Assembly: GCF_001194135.2 (NCBI RefSeq)
Contig: NC_068984.1
Span: 87,553,957 to 87,599,893, forward strand
Length of the DNA: 45,937 bases
Source: Octopus bimaculoides
Taxonomy: Eukaryota
Direction of reading: 5' to 3'
Shown: piece after piece, positions 1 to 10,677 of the stretch
Layout: every line of letters begins with the position of its first letter
How positions within the stretch are numbered: the stretch's first letter is position 1
Program-made: the position numbers and the translations under genes
Notes under the pieces: generated by a model
What the model was told of the DNA's origin: nothing
What the model saw: only the letters and a program-made list of their open reading frames with translations
Database searches by the model: none

Positions 1-330
1 TATACTTGTATAATGTATCTGTGTATGTAAATGTGTGTATATGTATGTATTAATGAATACATGTATGTGGTGTGTGTGTGTGTCTGTATGTGTGTGCGTG
101 TGTGTGAAACTAGAAATCTTTAACTAAATGTTACCCTAAACGGAATTAGAATCATTATGAACGTCAATAATCTCGCCATATCAATGTATTGTATGATATA
201 TATAACAAACCTCGAGAAACCGAACGTTCCTTCACAAGTTCAACTTTACGAGAATGAAGGATGATATATATTCACCGTCAACAAATGCATCAAACATATA
301 CTTACATCATCAGCTGCCTAACCGATATCA

Positions 331-406
331 TTATGGTTTCAACACATAAGCAGTACTATTCAGTCGGTTTATATCAACTGCGTTAAAAACATAACGTTTC
401 TGGGAA
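331..406 (-). CDS. Candidate terminal coding exon of an unidentified host gene (SQKRYVFNAVDINRLNSTAYVLKP*)
   Basis: Strong polypyrimidine acceptor TTTCTCTCTTCCTTCTTGTCTTTTAG on the minus strand. The open frame is phase-compatible with the candidate exon at 802-899. No homology recognised. Confidence 0.2.
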
Positions 407-801
407 CTAAAAGACAAGAAGGAAGAGAGAAACGTTAGCGCAATATGGTTTTCATCTGCCTATTATTCCAAATCTGCAAAGAAATTAATGAAAGCATAGA
501 TTTACCTCTTTACTTATGAACGGTAATCTATGAGTATTCTTAAGTAATCTATGTGCATATCTCCATAATTACTCTTTAACGTAAGTGACGCTATACTCAG
601 GAATATATAGTAAATTGTCCACAAACTGTAAAACGACGTTATATTCGACATGAATTAGAACTAGTCATTCGGTAGATCAGTTCTAAACTTGAGATTACTG
701 ATTTTTTTCTCAAAATTTCACTGTGTCTCTCCCCAAAACAGTTAAAACATTTAACTGACATTGTCTTAAATTAATCTTGTTTCTCCATATGTGTCATTAA
801 C

Positions 802-899
802 CTTTTGATACTTTCGAAAAACACACCAACATCATTTGTAGTCCAGGCTTGACCGAGAAAAACGTTAAACCCTATCCTTAGAGGAATTCTACATAGTGC
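802..899 (-). CDS. Candidate coding exon (ALCRIPLRIGFNVFLGQAWTTNDVGVFFESIK)
   Basis: Acceptor TTTTTGCCCAAG and donor AG|GTTAAT flank a 98-nt stop-free frame in non-repetitive sequence. Confidence 0.3.
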
Positions 900-975
900 C
901 TTGGGCAAAAATGCAGCACAAAAATTAAAGTTTTATCATAAATACTAGTCACAACCTTTTTGCCTTTACAGATAC

Positions 976-1114
976 TTTAACATTTAAATACTTAACTTCA
1001 TCTACCAAGTCACTATTTCTAATCGCTTCGAGATGTTCTGGATATATTTTCACAAGTGAATATTCAAAATCTTCAGCAACCATCAAGTTGCTTGACTGAA
1101 CCTGACTTTTACTT
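976..1114 (-). CDS. Candidate coding exon (SKSQVQSSNLMVAEDFEYSLVKIYPEHLEAIRNSDLVDEVKYLNVK)
   Basis: Acceptor TTTTCTTATTGATTTATACAG, 139-nt stop-free frame and weak donor AA|GTATCT. Phase-compatible with 802-899 across a 76-nt intron. Confidence 0.3.
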
Positions 1115-1159
1115 CTGTATAAATCAATAAGAAAACTAAGTTAACATAAAGGTAAGTAT

Positions 1160-1160
<1 letters not shown>

Positions 1161-1203
<43 letters not shown>
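1161..1203. repeat. (CA)n microsatellite running into an assembly gap
   Basis: Direct reading of the sequence. Confidence 0.98.
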
Positions 1204-1660
1204 NNNNNNNNNNNNNNNNNNNNNNNNNNNNNNNNNNNNNNNNNNNATATTCAATATACACATAATTTTTCACGTCTGGCCGTATAGCCTTTTCCGTTTA
1301 TTTTCCTGTCTTGTTTTCTGTCCGCCACTACATTCCTCCATGGTACAAATTTAATTTGTTGTCCATGGGAAGAGCCATTTTAACGATGCGTCCTGCCCTA
1401 ACTTTTTGAAATGCCAGTGTTAGAATGGTGGCAGCTGATGAAGGAAAATGTTCTCTATGTGGCCTGTGTGTTTTCTGTACTCTGGTTATTATTTTTTTTG
1501 TCTACGTTTTGTTTGCAATGTCCTGTACCCTGATGTGCATCTATATATACAGGTAGATGTAGGTATGCACATACATGTACGTATATATGCATACACTCAT
1601 TTATTTGTATTACATTTATATATATATGTGTGTGTGTGTGTATATATATATGTATGTATA

Positions 1661-1875
1661 TTTTTTTATTCTTTTACTTATTTCAGTCATTTGCGGCCAT
1701 GCCGGAGCACACCACCTTAAAGGGTTTTAGTCGAAGAAATCGACCCCAGGGCTTATTCTTTGTAAGCCTGGTACTTATTCTATCGGTCTCTTTTGCCGAA
1801 GCACTAAGTTACAGGGACGTAAACACACCAACATCGGTTGTCAAGCGATGGTGGGGGGACAAACACAGACGCACG

Positions 1876-1962
<87 letters not shown>

Positions 1963-2094
1963 ATATATATATACACGACGGTCTTCTTTCAGTTTCCGTC
2001 TACAAATCCATTCACAAGGCTTTGGTCGGCCCGAGGCTTAGTATGACTCAACTCAGAACCATATGATTGGGAAGCAAGCTTCTTACCACACAGC
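1661..2094 (-). mobile_element. tRNA-derived SINE, family A (octopus-type), with internal (CA)n
   Basis: Minus strand begins GCTGTGTGGTAAGAAGCTTGCTTCCCAATCATATGGTTCTGAGTTGAGTC (tRNA-like head). Body is homologous to copies at 35973, 39742 and 45811. Confidence 0.85.
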
Positions 2095-2429
2095 ACCCAC
2101 TCTCACATTTGCTAATAAAGAGTTACATTTACCACATGTCGAAATAGTCTTAATTTGTTTAAATATCTTCTCCGCTGATGTAAAATATGCATTACACAGT
2201 GTAACAAATTTTTCATATTTTTGTCTTTAGTCAGTAAGTGTTATTTCCTATTTGCTTCTAACGGAAATATATTAATAATCTTTATTAAAACTATATCAAT
2301 AACTTTAGATATACCTTCTACTCTTCTCAGATCAAGATTAGTATACAGTGTACAGGAATCTTACACATGCATGGTCCACACTACTATAATCTTTTGCGAC
2401 TTGCTTAAACATTCGTTACTTGACCTTAC

Positions 2430-2900
2430 ACTCTAAAATAAGTAACCACTCGAATTGCAAAAAAAAGTTCCTTTGCAATATTCATAATGGACAACTTAAC
2501 AATATGTAGTGCATCATTAAGTAATATAGACAACTGTTTATTGGTACACTTTCTGGTACCCAGAATAAACGTACTCTTATAGGGGGCCTTATGCAATTCT
2601 ATAATAATGATAAAAGAAAAAGTTTGGAATAACTTAGTCCTTTCTTCTATGCTGGAACTACTAAACCGTTTCACCTTAGGTATTAGCTACCTTATTACCT
2701 AGGTCGTATTATCAGTAAGTACTATTACCTTGAAAATTAATAACAGTTCCTTACCCTAACTCATACCCTAATATAATTGAATCGTACAATTTGCAAATAG
2801 CGACAACATTCCCCGCAGCCTTATTCGCTGGTACGATACTATCTTGCAATACATTAATATATTCCTTGACTTCTTGCTTACTAAAAACTGTTTACTTTCC
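2430..2900 (-). mobile_element. Penelope-like retroelement relic (pre-RT/RT N-terminal region)
   Basis: Translated motifs VPANKAAGNVVAICKLY and ELHKAPYKSTFILGTRKCTNKQLSILL resemble PLE motifs PADKA.NN and PKLHK.PYK.RFI.G..KC.TK.LS; frames are disrupted. Confidence 0.65.
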
Positions 2901-2955
2901 TGTCATCCTGTTTATCCGTTAATTGCAACTATTCAGCCGTCATTTGAACAATAGT

Positions 2956-3133
2956 GACAACTCGGCCATCTTATTCGACGTGAGTGTAAATGTGGTAACA
3001 GATGATACAAAGATATATGTTAATAAAGTGGGTAAAAGGAAATAATTATTCAGCGACTATAGTATTGGTTGTATCATCTGTTACCATACGAATTCTCGTT
3101 TGCATTCACGTCTAATAAGATGGTCGAATTGTC
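2956..3133. repeat. Imperfect inverted repeat (MITE-like foldback)
   Basis: Left arm GACAACTCGGCCATCTTATTCGACGTGAGTGTAAATG..TGGTAACAGATGATACAA matches the reverse complement of 3069-3133. Confidence 0.8.
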
Positions 3134-3399
3134 GATACTATTCAAACTTCAATTGAATAATTGTCAATATAATCGCATAAAAAATAATGGCCCCGTACAT
3201 TTTGTTATTAAAAGAAATTTATTCATTTATCGAATGCAGTGTTGATCACATGTTAGTTTGTTACTAACATAACTCCTCCCCTCCTGATGTTCTGAGTGAG
3301 AGATGGGTAATTACCGTGAGCCAAGAATCCAATAAATATTGCAGATCTCAAGAATTTGAATGTCGTTGAAGAATATACAAATTCCTTCTAAAACGTTAT

Positions 3400-3830
3400 A
3401 CATTAATCAACTCACTGAAAAACAGAAAACTTATTAATCGTAAAATGGGAAGCATTGTTTTAAAACAAAGATAAATCTAATCCTACTGAGAATACTTTCG
3501 GTTTATATCTTACAAAAATCCTCTCCATGTTAAAGAACTAGATGGATTTGGAGAGAACCTAATTAGATTAGTTAAAAGCATCAGATTCAGTTACATAAGC
3601 AACAACTTCCAGCATAGACTAAAAGAATTTCTAGAACTTAAAATCTTCCCAAATATATTCATTAAAGCCTATAAGTCTAAAAATCTCTATGAAACAGACA
3701 GACAATATACAAATAATTATTAGTAGACAAGAGCACATATAAGAAAACTGTCCGTAACAGATATAACGACATTAATGAGGAAGCAAAAAAGTCTAGCAAC
3801 AATACTAAACATAGACAATAGAGTCGAACT
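3400..3830 (+). mobile_element. Penelope-like retroelement relic (N-terminal ORF region)
   Basis: Translation DGFGENLIRLVKSIRFSYISNNFQHRLKE..IFIKAYKSKNLYE resembles the PLE motif F..DL..LIK.IKF....N.FQ..L...ADK..NLYE. Confidence 0.6.
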
Positions 3831-3850
3831 ATTTAACTCATACATAACTC

Positions 3851-4322
3851 TGTAACAATTTTTCTTGTCTTTGGTCAGTAAGTGTTATTTCCTATTTGAT
3901 TCTATCAGGAAATCAAAGGAAATGACTACTATTCCCTTCAAACTTTGCTTTCATTATCTGGACATCAATGTTTTGATATTGACCTATTTTCCATTACATT
4001 TCAGATCGGTTCAGTGCTGAGTTCTGAAGCAGAAATATCGTTATAGCAAATATTCTGCTTCATACACCAGATTTACTTGTCAGTTGCTTGACCTTTATCA
4101 CTTGAGCATATCCCTTAGTGGCTGACAATATGTGCATCTTTGATCATGAACAGGAGTAGTTGAGGTGTATCATAGCCATGTGCTGAGAGGGATTCTTTGA
4201 GGTCTGAATAATTACTGTAACAAAAGCAAACTTTGAAGGAAATATTAACCATTTTTCATACTTTTTAGGAGTAAGCAAATAGGAAATATCTGTTGCTACT
4301 GAAGGACAAAAATCATGTTACA
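3851..4322. mobile_element. Foldback/MITE-like element with two-block imperfect terminal inverted repeats
   Basis: Block A (TGTAACA..TTGTCTT..TATTTCCTATTTG) and block B (TATTCCCTTCAAACTTTGCTTT) recur reversed at 4217-4322. A further copy of block A lies at 2200-2260. Confidence 0.6.
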
Positions 4323-4454
4323 CAGTGTAATTTATGGCCCTTAAATATCACAAAATTAATTTCAACCCTAATACCAGCTGCAGATAAGACAACCTTATTA
4401 AAAGCTAGATAGCCATTATTAATAAAACAATGCTAGATGAAATCGCTGTACATA

Positions 4455-4537
4455 ATAGAGCTGCCTCGTGTGGGGATTAAACGCAAGATTGCATGGTTGG
4501 AAAGCAAGCTTCTTAATCACACAGTCACCCCTGCGCC
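4455..4537 (-). mobile_element. SINE family A head fragment
   Basis: GGTTGGAAAGCAAGCTTCTTAATCACACAGTCAC matches the reverse-complemented family A head. Confidence 0.65.
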
Positions 4538-4665
4538 TAATTTTCATTACATAAAAGGTGAAGCCAGTTCTATATTTAAGAAGGTGAAATATTAATAGTA
4601 ATCCACATTGCTTGTTAATTTTACCATGAGAGGAATTGTTGTTTTTATTAGCAGTAGATATCAGA

Positions 4666-5250
4666 AATATTGGGTAAGTCAAAAAGTCCGTTGGGTTTTT
4701 TTTAAGCGAAAAGAAGACAAGTTTTAAACACAAAGTGATTTATTCAATGAATGATATAATTACCATTTCGTTCAAGTATCTTTTGCCATTTTGTAGGAGC
4801 ATCCATTATTTCTACTCAATTTCCCGTCTTTACTGGCAAAAAACTCTTCCAGGTCAATTTTTATATGATCTTCAGAGTTGAAGGTCTCTCCTTTCAATGA
4901 ATTTTCAAGTGACCAAAACAAGTGGAAATCAGAAGGTGCAAGAACAGGCGAATATGGAGGGTACGACATAACTTCCCAGTCAAGCTCCTGTAACATCTGC
5001 CGCGTCTGCAAAGAAGTGTGCATTTTGGCGTTGTAGTGATGAAAGACAATGCCCTTACGATTAACAAATGCTGGGCACTTCTGATGTATCGGTGTATTTA
5101 ATTTGCCCAGCTGGTACACATCTGAGTTGACGGACTATCCGTGGGAAGAAGCTCGTAAAAGATACGGCCCTTCCAATTACACCAAATTGAAAGCATAGCA
5201 TTCTTTGGATGAAGCCCTGCTTTGGAGGTTGTTTGTGGTGGTTCACTGCG
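4666..5250 (-). mobile_element. mariner-family transposon, 3' fragment (transposase pseudogene)
   Basis: Motifs TSKAGLHPKNAMLSIW, FHHYNAKMH (HDNA-like) and YPPYSPVLAPSDFHLF; mariner-like end near 4670. Confidence 0.85.
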
Positions 5251-5470
5251 TTTACTCTTTGTACGCCAAGTACCTATTCTAACGGTCTCTTTTGCTGAAC
5301 CGTTAAATTGTCAAGCGATGGTGGGGGACAATCAGAAATACACACACAAATACATACATACATACATACATACATACATACATACATACATGCATGCATG
5401 CATGCATGCATACATCAAGATCTTACGATCGTGAGCAGAATACCCAAGCCTCTAAGCCACGCACCTTCAC
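5250..5470 (-). mobile_element. SINE family A fragments split by (TACA)n
   Basis: CGGTCTCTTTTGCTGAACCG..TTGTCAAGCGATGGTGGGGGACAA matches the copy at 1661-2094. Confidence 0.65.
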
Positions 5471-5891
5471 GTGTATGAATATGCATAAATATTGATATAT
5501 GTAAAATGCGCTTGCGTGTTTAAAAACTTTGCATACTAACATATGCACATACAAACAAACATATGTATACGCACATGCATAGGCAAATATACATATACCA
5601 AGTTGCATATTAAATATTCACAAATAGATTCCTATAAACACCTGTAAAATACATACACACTCGTAGGAAAAAGACCGGTATGTTAAATATATGCAAGCAA
5701 TAAAATGATAATATGAAGAAAAGGAGTCATATATCTATAAACGAAAGCAGTTAAATGAATAAAATAAATCAAAATAGAATATTAAACCATAAATTAAGTT
5801 TAAATACATTATTTTAGGTAATATTATTCAGTGGGATGTAACTCTTTGAAGATTAATGACATATTTTATGAAGACGCACAAAATAATAAAC

Positions 5892-6300
5892 ACTAGTGAG
5901 ACCCGTGGAAATTCCACAGAACGAAAAAGATTAAGAGGAGTTATTTAAGAAAGAAAGGATGATTTGCTTTTTATTTTTGTTTTGCTGAGTTATTTCACTT
6001 CCAGTTACAAGAATATATTATATGATTTTAAAATCTCCCTCTGCTAAGCATTCTATATTTCTCTTTTTCTCTCTACCACTTCAGCAAGCTTACCTTTAAT
6101 TCGTCTCTTCATGTGTTTAATATTTCTCTCTTTCTCTTCACCTCTCACTTTCACTAACCACACGAGTGACAGCATAATACATCGGCTGGCTATCTGTTTT
6201 ATCGTTCACTCTCACATTCCCTCTTCCACTCTCTCACTCCACTCCTCCTCTAACAAACTAAAGCGTAAAGTGTGAACAACTAGATAGAATAGTATTATAA
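5892..6300 (+). mobile_element. Possible non-autonomous Helitron/HINE-like element
   Basis: Starts ACTAGTGAGACCCGTGGAAATTCCAC (ACTAG..GACCCG plus hairpin), has a CT-rich core and ends TAGAATAGTATTATA. A similar start motif occurs at about 7512. Confidence 0.35.
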
Positions 6301-6469
6301 ATTTAGTTCAATAAACAAAATACTTTTCACCATCAACACACCACTACCACTATTATCATCACCTCTATAGTTTTCAGTTATAAAGCTCATTTAATTTTAC
6401 TTTAGCTGTTTGTTTATATTTTTTCTTCCTGTCAGTGCACCTCTGACGATACAAACGCTATCCGCTTCC

Positions 6470-7110
6470 CTCCCTCTCTTTCCTCTCCCTATCCCTCCTC
6501 TCCCTCTATCTCCTCTCCCTCTATCTCCTCTCCCTCTATCTCCTCTCCCTCTATCTCCTCTCCCTCTATCTCCTCTCCCTCTATCTCCTCTCCCTCTATC
6601 TCCTCTCCCTCTATCTCCTCNNNNNNNNNNNNNNNNNNNNNNNNNNNNNNNNNNNNNNNNNNNNNNNNNNNNNNNNNNNNNNNNNNNNNNNNNNNNNNNN
6701 NNNNNNNNNNNNNNNNNNNNNNNNNNNNNNNNNNNNNNNNNNNNNNNNNNNNNNNNNNNNNNNNNNNNNNNNNNNNNNNNNNNNNNNNNNNNNNNNNNNN
6801 NNNNNNNNNNNNNNNNNNNNNNNNNNNNNNNNNNNNNNNNNNNNNNNNNNNNNNNNNNNNNNNNNNNNNNNNNNNNNNNNNNNNNNNNNNNNNNNNNNNN
6901 NNNNNNNNNNNNNNNNNNNNNNNNNNNNNNNNNNNNNNNNNNNNNNNNNNNNNNNNNNNNNNNNNNNNNNNNNNNNNNNNNNNNNNNNNNNNNNNNNNNN
7001 NNNNNNNNNNNNNNNNNNTCCCTCCCCCTCTCTCTCCTCTCCCTCCCCCTCTCCTCTCCCTATCTCTCTCCTCTCCCTTTTCTCCCCCTCTCTCTCAATG
7101 TAACTGCCTC
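6470..7110. repeat. 15-bp pyrimidine minisatellite (TCCTCTCCCTCTATC)n spanning a gap
   Basis: Direct reading of 6500-6620; degenerate continuation after the gap. Confidence 0.9.
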
Positions 7111-8199
7111 CCCTATCCATCTCTCTGCTTTTCTTTAACCTCACCATCAGAACATCACCCTCTGCTGAATATTGTATCCTAAACATATCTCTTTTTCTTT
7201 ACTTTTCCCTCCCCACCCTACAGTACGTCATTAGCTCTTCTCTCTTCTTTTCTCTCTTCGTCTTTTTCTCTCTATCTTCGCCTTTCCCTTCAACTATCCA
7301 CGGGATGCATTTGGTCCTATACATCTTTCTCTACTTTTTCCTCATTTCTTTTTTCTCTATTCAAATTCTTACCCCTCTCATTTTTACTTCCCCTCTCACA
7401 CATTCCGCCTCTACTTCTCACTCATTCACTTCACCTTCACCTCTCACTCACTCCACCTCCATTTCTCTAACTAATGGGTGAACGAACAAGCAGATTATTA
7501 TTTTGACAGGTAGGACTCGCGGAAATTCCACGGAATGGAAAAATTTAGCAGAGACAGACGAGAACCAAACGCTTCTAAATAATATATGCAGAGATCTGAT
7601 CGTATATACACACACGCACATATGCACATATTCGTGTGTGCGTGATTATGTGGGTTCTGTCCTGGATACCTTTCAGTTATTTTCCTATCGTCACTTCTTC
7701 GGTAGAACACGTGATCAAGTAGCAAAACCCGAAGATTTCAACTAAGAATATTACAATTACACCGAACCGCAAAAGAAACGCAATTTTTTCAAATGTGATT
7801 TTTATATGGTAAATTCTGAAAATTTATTTCGGAGATGTAAGTGTAAATATTTCAAGACATGCTGGCTTATGGCTGAGACCCAAATTGCAGGTAACCTTTC
7901 AAGTTTTCCTGAAACGAGACGCCAAAGCGCAGCTGCGTTGAATGCCGTGGGTGGCAGTTGCAAACAATTGTAATGAAAACCGAAATGTTCGTGCATCTCT
8001 TGGAGTTATGGGTATAAAAGTCAACTTGACCAGCGTTCCTGGCATTCACAATTTCTCCGCCAAGTCTGCGCCGCTCGTCTTTTACGGTTAGTTATTATTG
8101 TATTTCTTTTATCCAATTTACTGTTATAATATTTTGTTTATTGAACTGTTGTTGAATTGTTTTTGCATTGTTTGTTTGAAACAAATTTGTTATCTGCTA

Positions 8200-10677
8200 A
8201 GGGCAGACTTGTGTTGTGTTGTTTCCCCCTTGTGTGAGGGGGAAATTTACTGTGAAAAAGTTTTTGTGCAAACAAATTATTGTGAAAAAACAAATCACCA
8301 TAGATAAATCACCCGTAAAAATTCGGCATGAAGCCAGTCCCAGCACCAGAAGACGTTTTGACCCCAGCATCAATAAAACAGCCCTTAGTATGGAGCTCAG
8401 AGATATGCCAACGGCTGAAAGTTTGTTAAAGAAAAACATTTCGCTATAGCAACGGGAATAAAGAAACGAGATATACAATACGGAAAAGAAGACCTTGCAA
8501 AATTCAAAGGTATGATACAAAGGGAAGGGGACGAAGTAAAAGTTGCCCCTCTCAGCGAGATCGCCCACAAGGCTCAACGATGCACGATTAATTACAAAAC
8601 GTTTTTAATTAATCTGAAAAAAAACTGGATATAGCGTCCAAAGATGCCGTGGAGCGCTGCTTACAACCAACATGGGAAGACATTGAATTTGTTATTCGAG
8701 GACAACGGTTCGCGACGATAGAGAAGCGTTTTCGATCGGAAGAAAGAGCCAAGCAGGCGTCCACCAGTCCAATAAAACAGCAGAATTCGTGCTCCTACCC
8801 ACGTACCTTGGAAGACGTACTTCCAAGATCTGGGTGGGAGACATACCACCAGAGGTGGACCCTGCCTGGCTGACGGTGGCTATTACAACAGGCTTGGAGG
8901 ATAAAATTACAATCCTCCAAGCACAAGCAACAGAACTACAACATTGGCAGGGGCAAAATCTCGAATTATTAATTCAAGCTGCCCCTGCAGACCTTGAAAA
9001 TATAATCGATGTGATTCAGGTGGGGGAGGTGAGGCTGCGTGTAATGGTCGAGGAGAGGAAGCCCCAATGCTTCAAATGCTGCCAAAAGGTCCACATAAGA
9101 GCGGAATGCAAATCTGTCCCCGAAAGGGAAACACTGCCTGACAAAGATAACCAAAAAGAAACTACGAAGGAGGAGGAGAGTGAGATCCCAGAGACAGACG
9201 GAGAGTGAGAAGGATCAAGAAGAAGAAGGGGGTGGGAAAGAGTGACAAAAAGAGAAAAAGGAAAAGCCTGCCCCTCCCTAATAGTCCTACATAAAAAAAG
9301 TAAAGCAAAACAAACAAACAGAACCTGAAACAACTGCCCAGCCCAAGTCCCACCCATCCTATGCAGACATTAACTATACTGCAGAAGCAGCTAGAAACAA
9401 AACACTACTGCAGAAGTTAAAAGAGACTAAAGATACCATTGAGATTACTCAGAAATTCGAAGATAGGATCCCCAAAGATGTTTTAATATTTTCCATAACG
9501 TGATCCAATTACATCTTATTCAAAAAAGAATACGATTAAGATATGGGGCCCTTAAGGAAATATTTCTTCTCAAATTTATGAGGGCCTCACCGACAGTACC
9601 CTGCAAGTCCCGGAAGAACAGGAAGGGGGTGAATATTTGAAAATCTTTCTTTGGATACTCTTAACGTTGGATGTTTAAATGTGCGCGGCCTGAGGTCGAC
9701 TTGGAAACAAGCCCGTTTCCTACATGACCACAGGTCGCACCGTATGGATATTATAGTTGGTACAGAGTCCAGATTGAGCAGTCAAAGGGATTTCTCTCCC
9801 CTCCTAAATGTCTACGAGAAATTTATTTCTCCATGCCCACCTGGAGTGGGGGAGGTGTCCCTGTGCTGTTCAGGAAAAACCTGAACGTTGAGGTGAAAAT
9901 AATTTTTACCGATCCAGAGGACAGGCTGGTCGTCATGGATGTGACGTATAGCGGTAAGTCTCAAGTTGGTATGTGTTTACGCCCCTGAAAGAACAGGTAA
10001 AGCGTATTTTTTCGAAGCATTGGGAAATTTCCATTACATGGATTGCGTTGGCTCGAATATTGCTAGAAAGGGAGTTCAGTGTTTCTTAAATCTGCTCACC
10101 CGACGGGTCGTCTAGAACTTATCTAGATAGAATACTAATTAGAAATTAGTAAGCTTGATTTAGATAGGATGTATAGACAGGGATCCGGCTACTGGAAACT
10201 CAATAAGTCTCTTTTGACTCATGAGGAGTACAGGAGTTGGATTAAACAGTTAGTTTTGAGCGCATTGTCTGACACTGTTGTAAATAACAAATGGTGGTAT
10301 GCCCTCAAAAGAGCCATTAAATTTGAGTCCATTAGTTTTAGTAAAGAATTAGTGGCTAGGAAAAATAGAATAGAAAGGGCCTTAGTTAAGGACCTAGATG
10401 AAACACTGAGATCTGGCTCCGCGCCCCGAATCTTGGCTGTGAAATTGATTTTGAATCAACACCTCAAGGCCAAATACGAGGAGTGCGTAGTTAGGGCTAA
10501 GCAGCGTGAAGTTGGACAGGAAGGAATCAAAGCCGCTGGATGGGCCCGTGTGATACAGGTTCAACGTAGTAATAAAAATTCTATAAGGTTTTTGGCGAAT
10601 GATCAAGGGAACTTGATAAACGAACCCAATGAGATGTGCAAGGTCTTTCAGGAGCATTTCGCACTGGCAGAACTGTG
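8200..10677 (+). mobile_element. Tx1/L1-clade non-LTR retrotransposon copy 1 (ORF1 with zinc knuckle, APE, linker; degraded, 3'-truncated)
   Basis: ORF1 knuckle CFKCCQKVHIRAEC; APE start LNVGCLNVRGLRS..TESR; Tx1/L1 hallmark GSGYWKLNKSLL; stops and frameshifts present. Confidence 0.85.

Noticed and set aside
972-1151. Plus-strand exon-like segment (TTTACAG acceptor, AAG|GTAAGT donor, 180 bp)
   Set aside because: All three frames contain stops. It could only be non-coding, and the minus strand offers an open frame.
1425-1480. CTGATGA hammerhead-like core
   Set aside because: No properly spaced stem II, GAAA or stem III follows.
1448-2066. ORFs rich in TH, CV and YI repeats (and similar ORFs at 14785-15114, 18501-19239, 20605-22029, 26103-26408, 34899-35391, 41330-41875)
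   Set aside because: They are translations of microsatellites and N-gaps, not genes.
6470-6620. CRISPR-like or collagen/Pro-rich coding repeat
   Set aside because: It is a spacerless 15-bp tandem minisatellite in a eukaryotic context.
7750-8100. Possible DNA-transposon end before the Tx1 copy
   Set aside because: No matching second TIR and no recognisable transposase motif.
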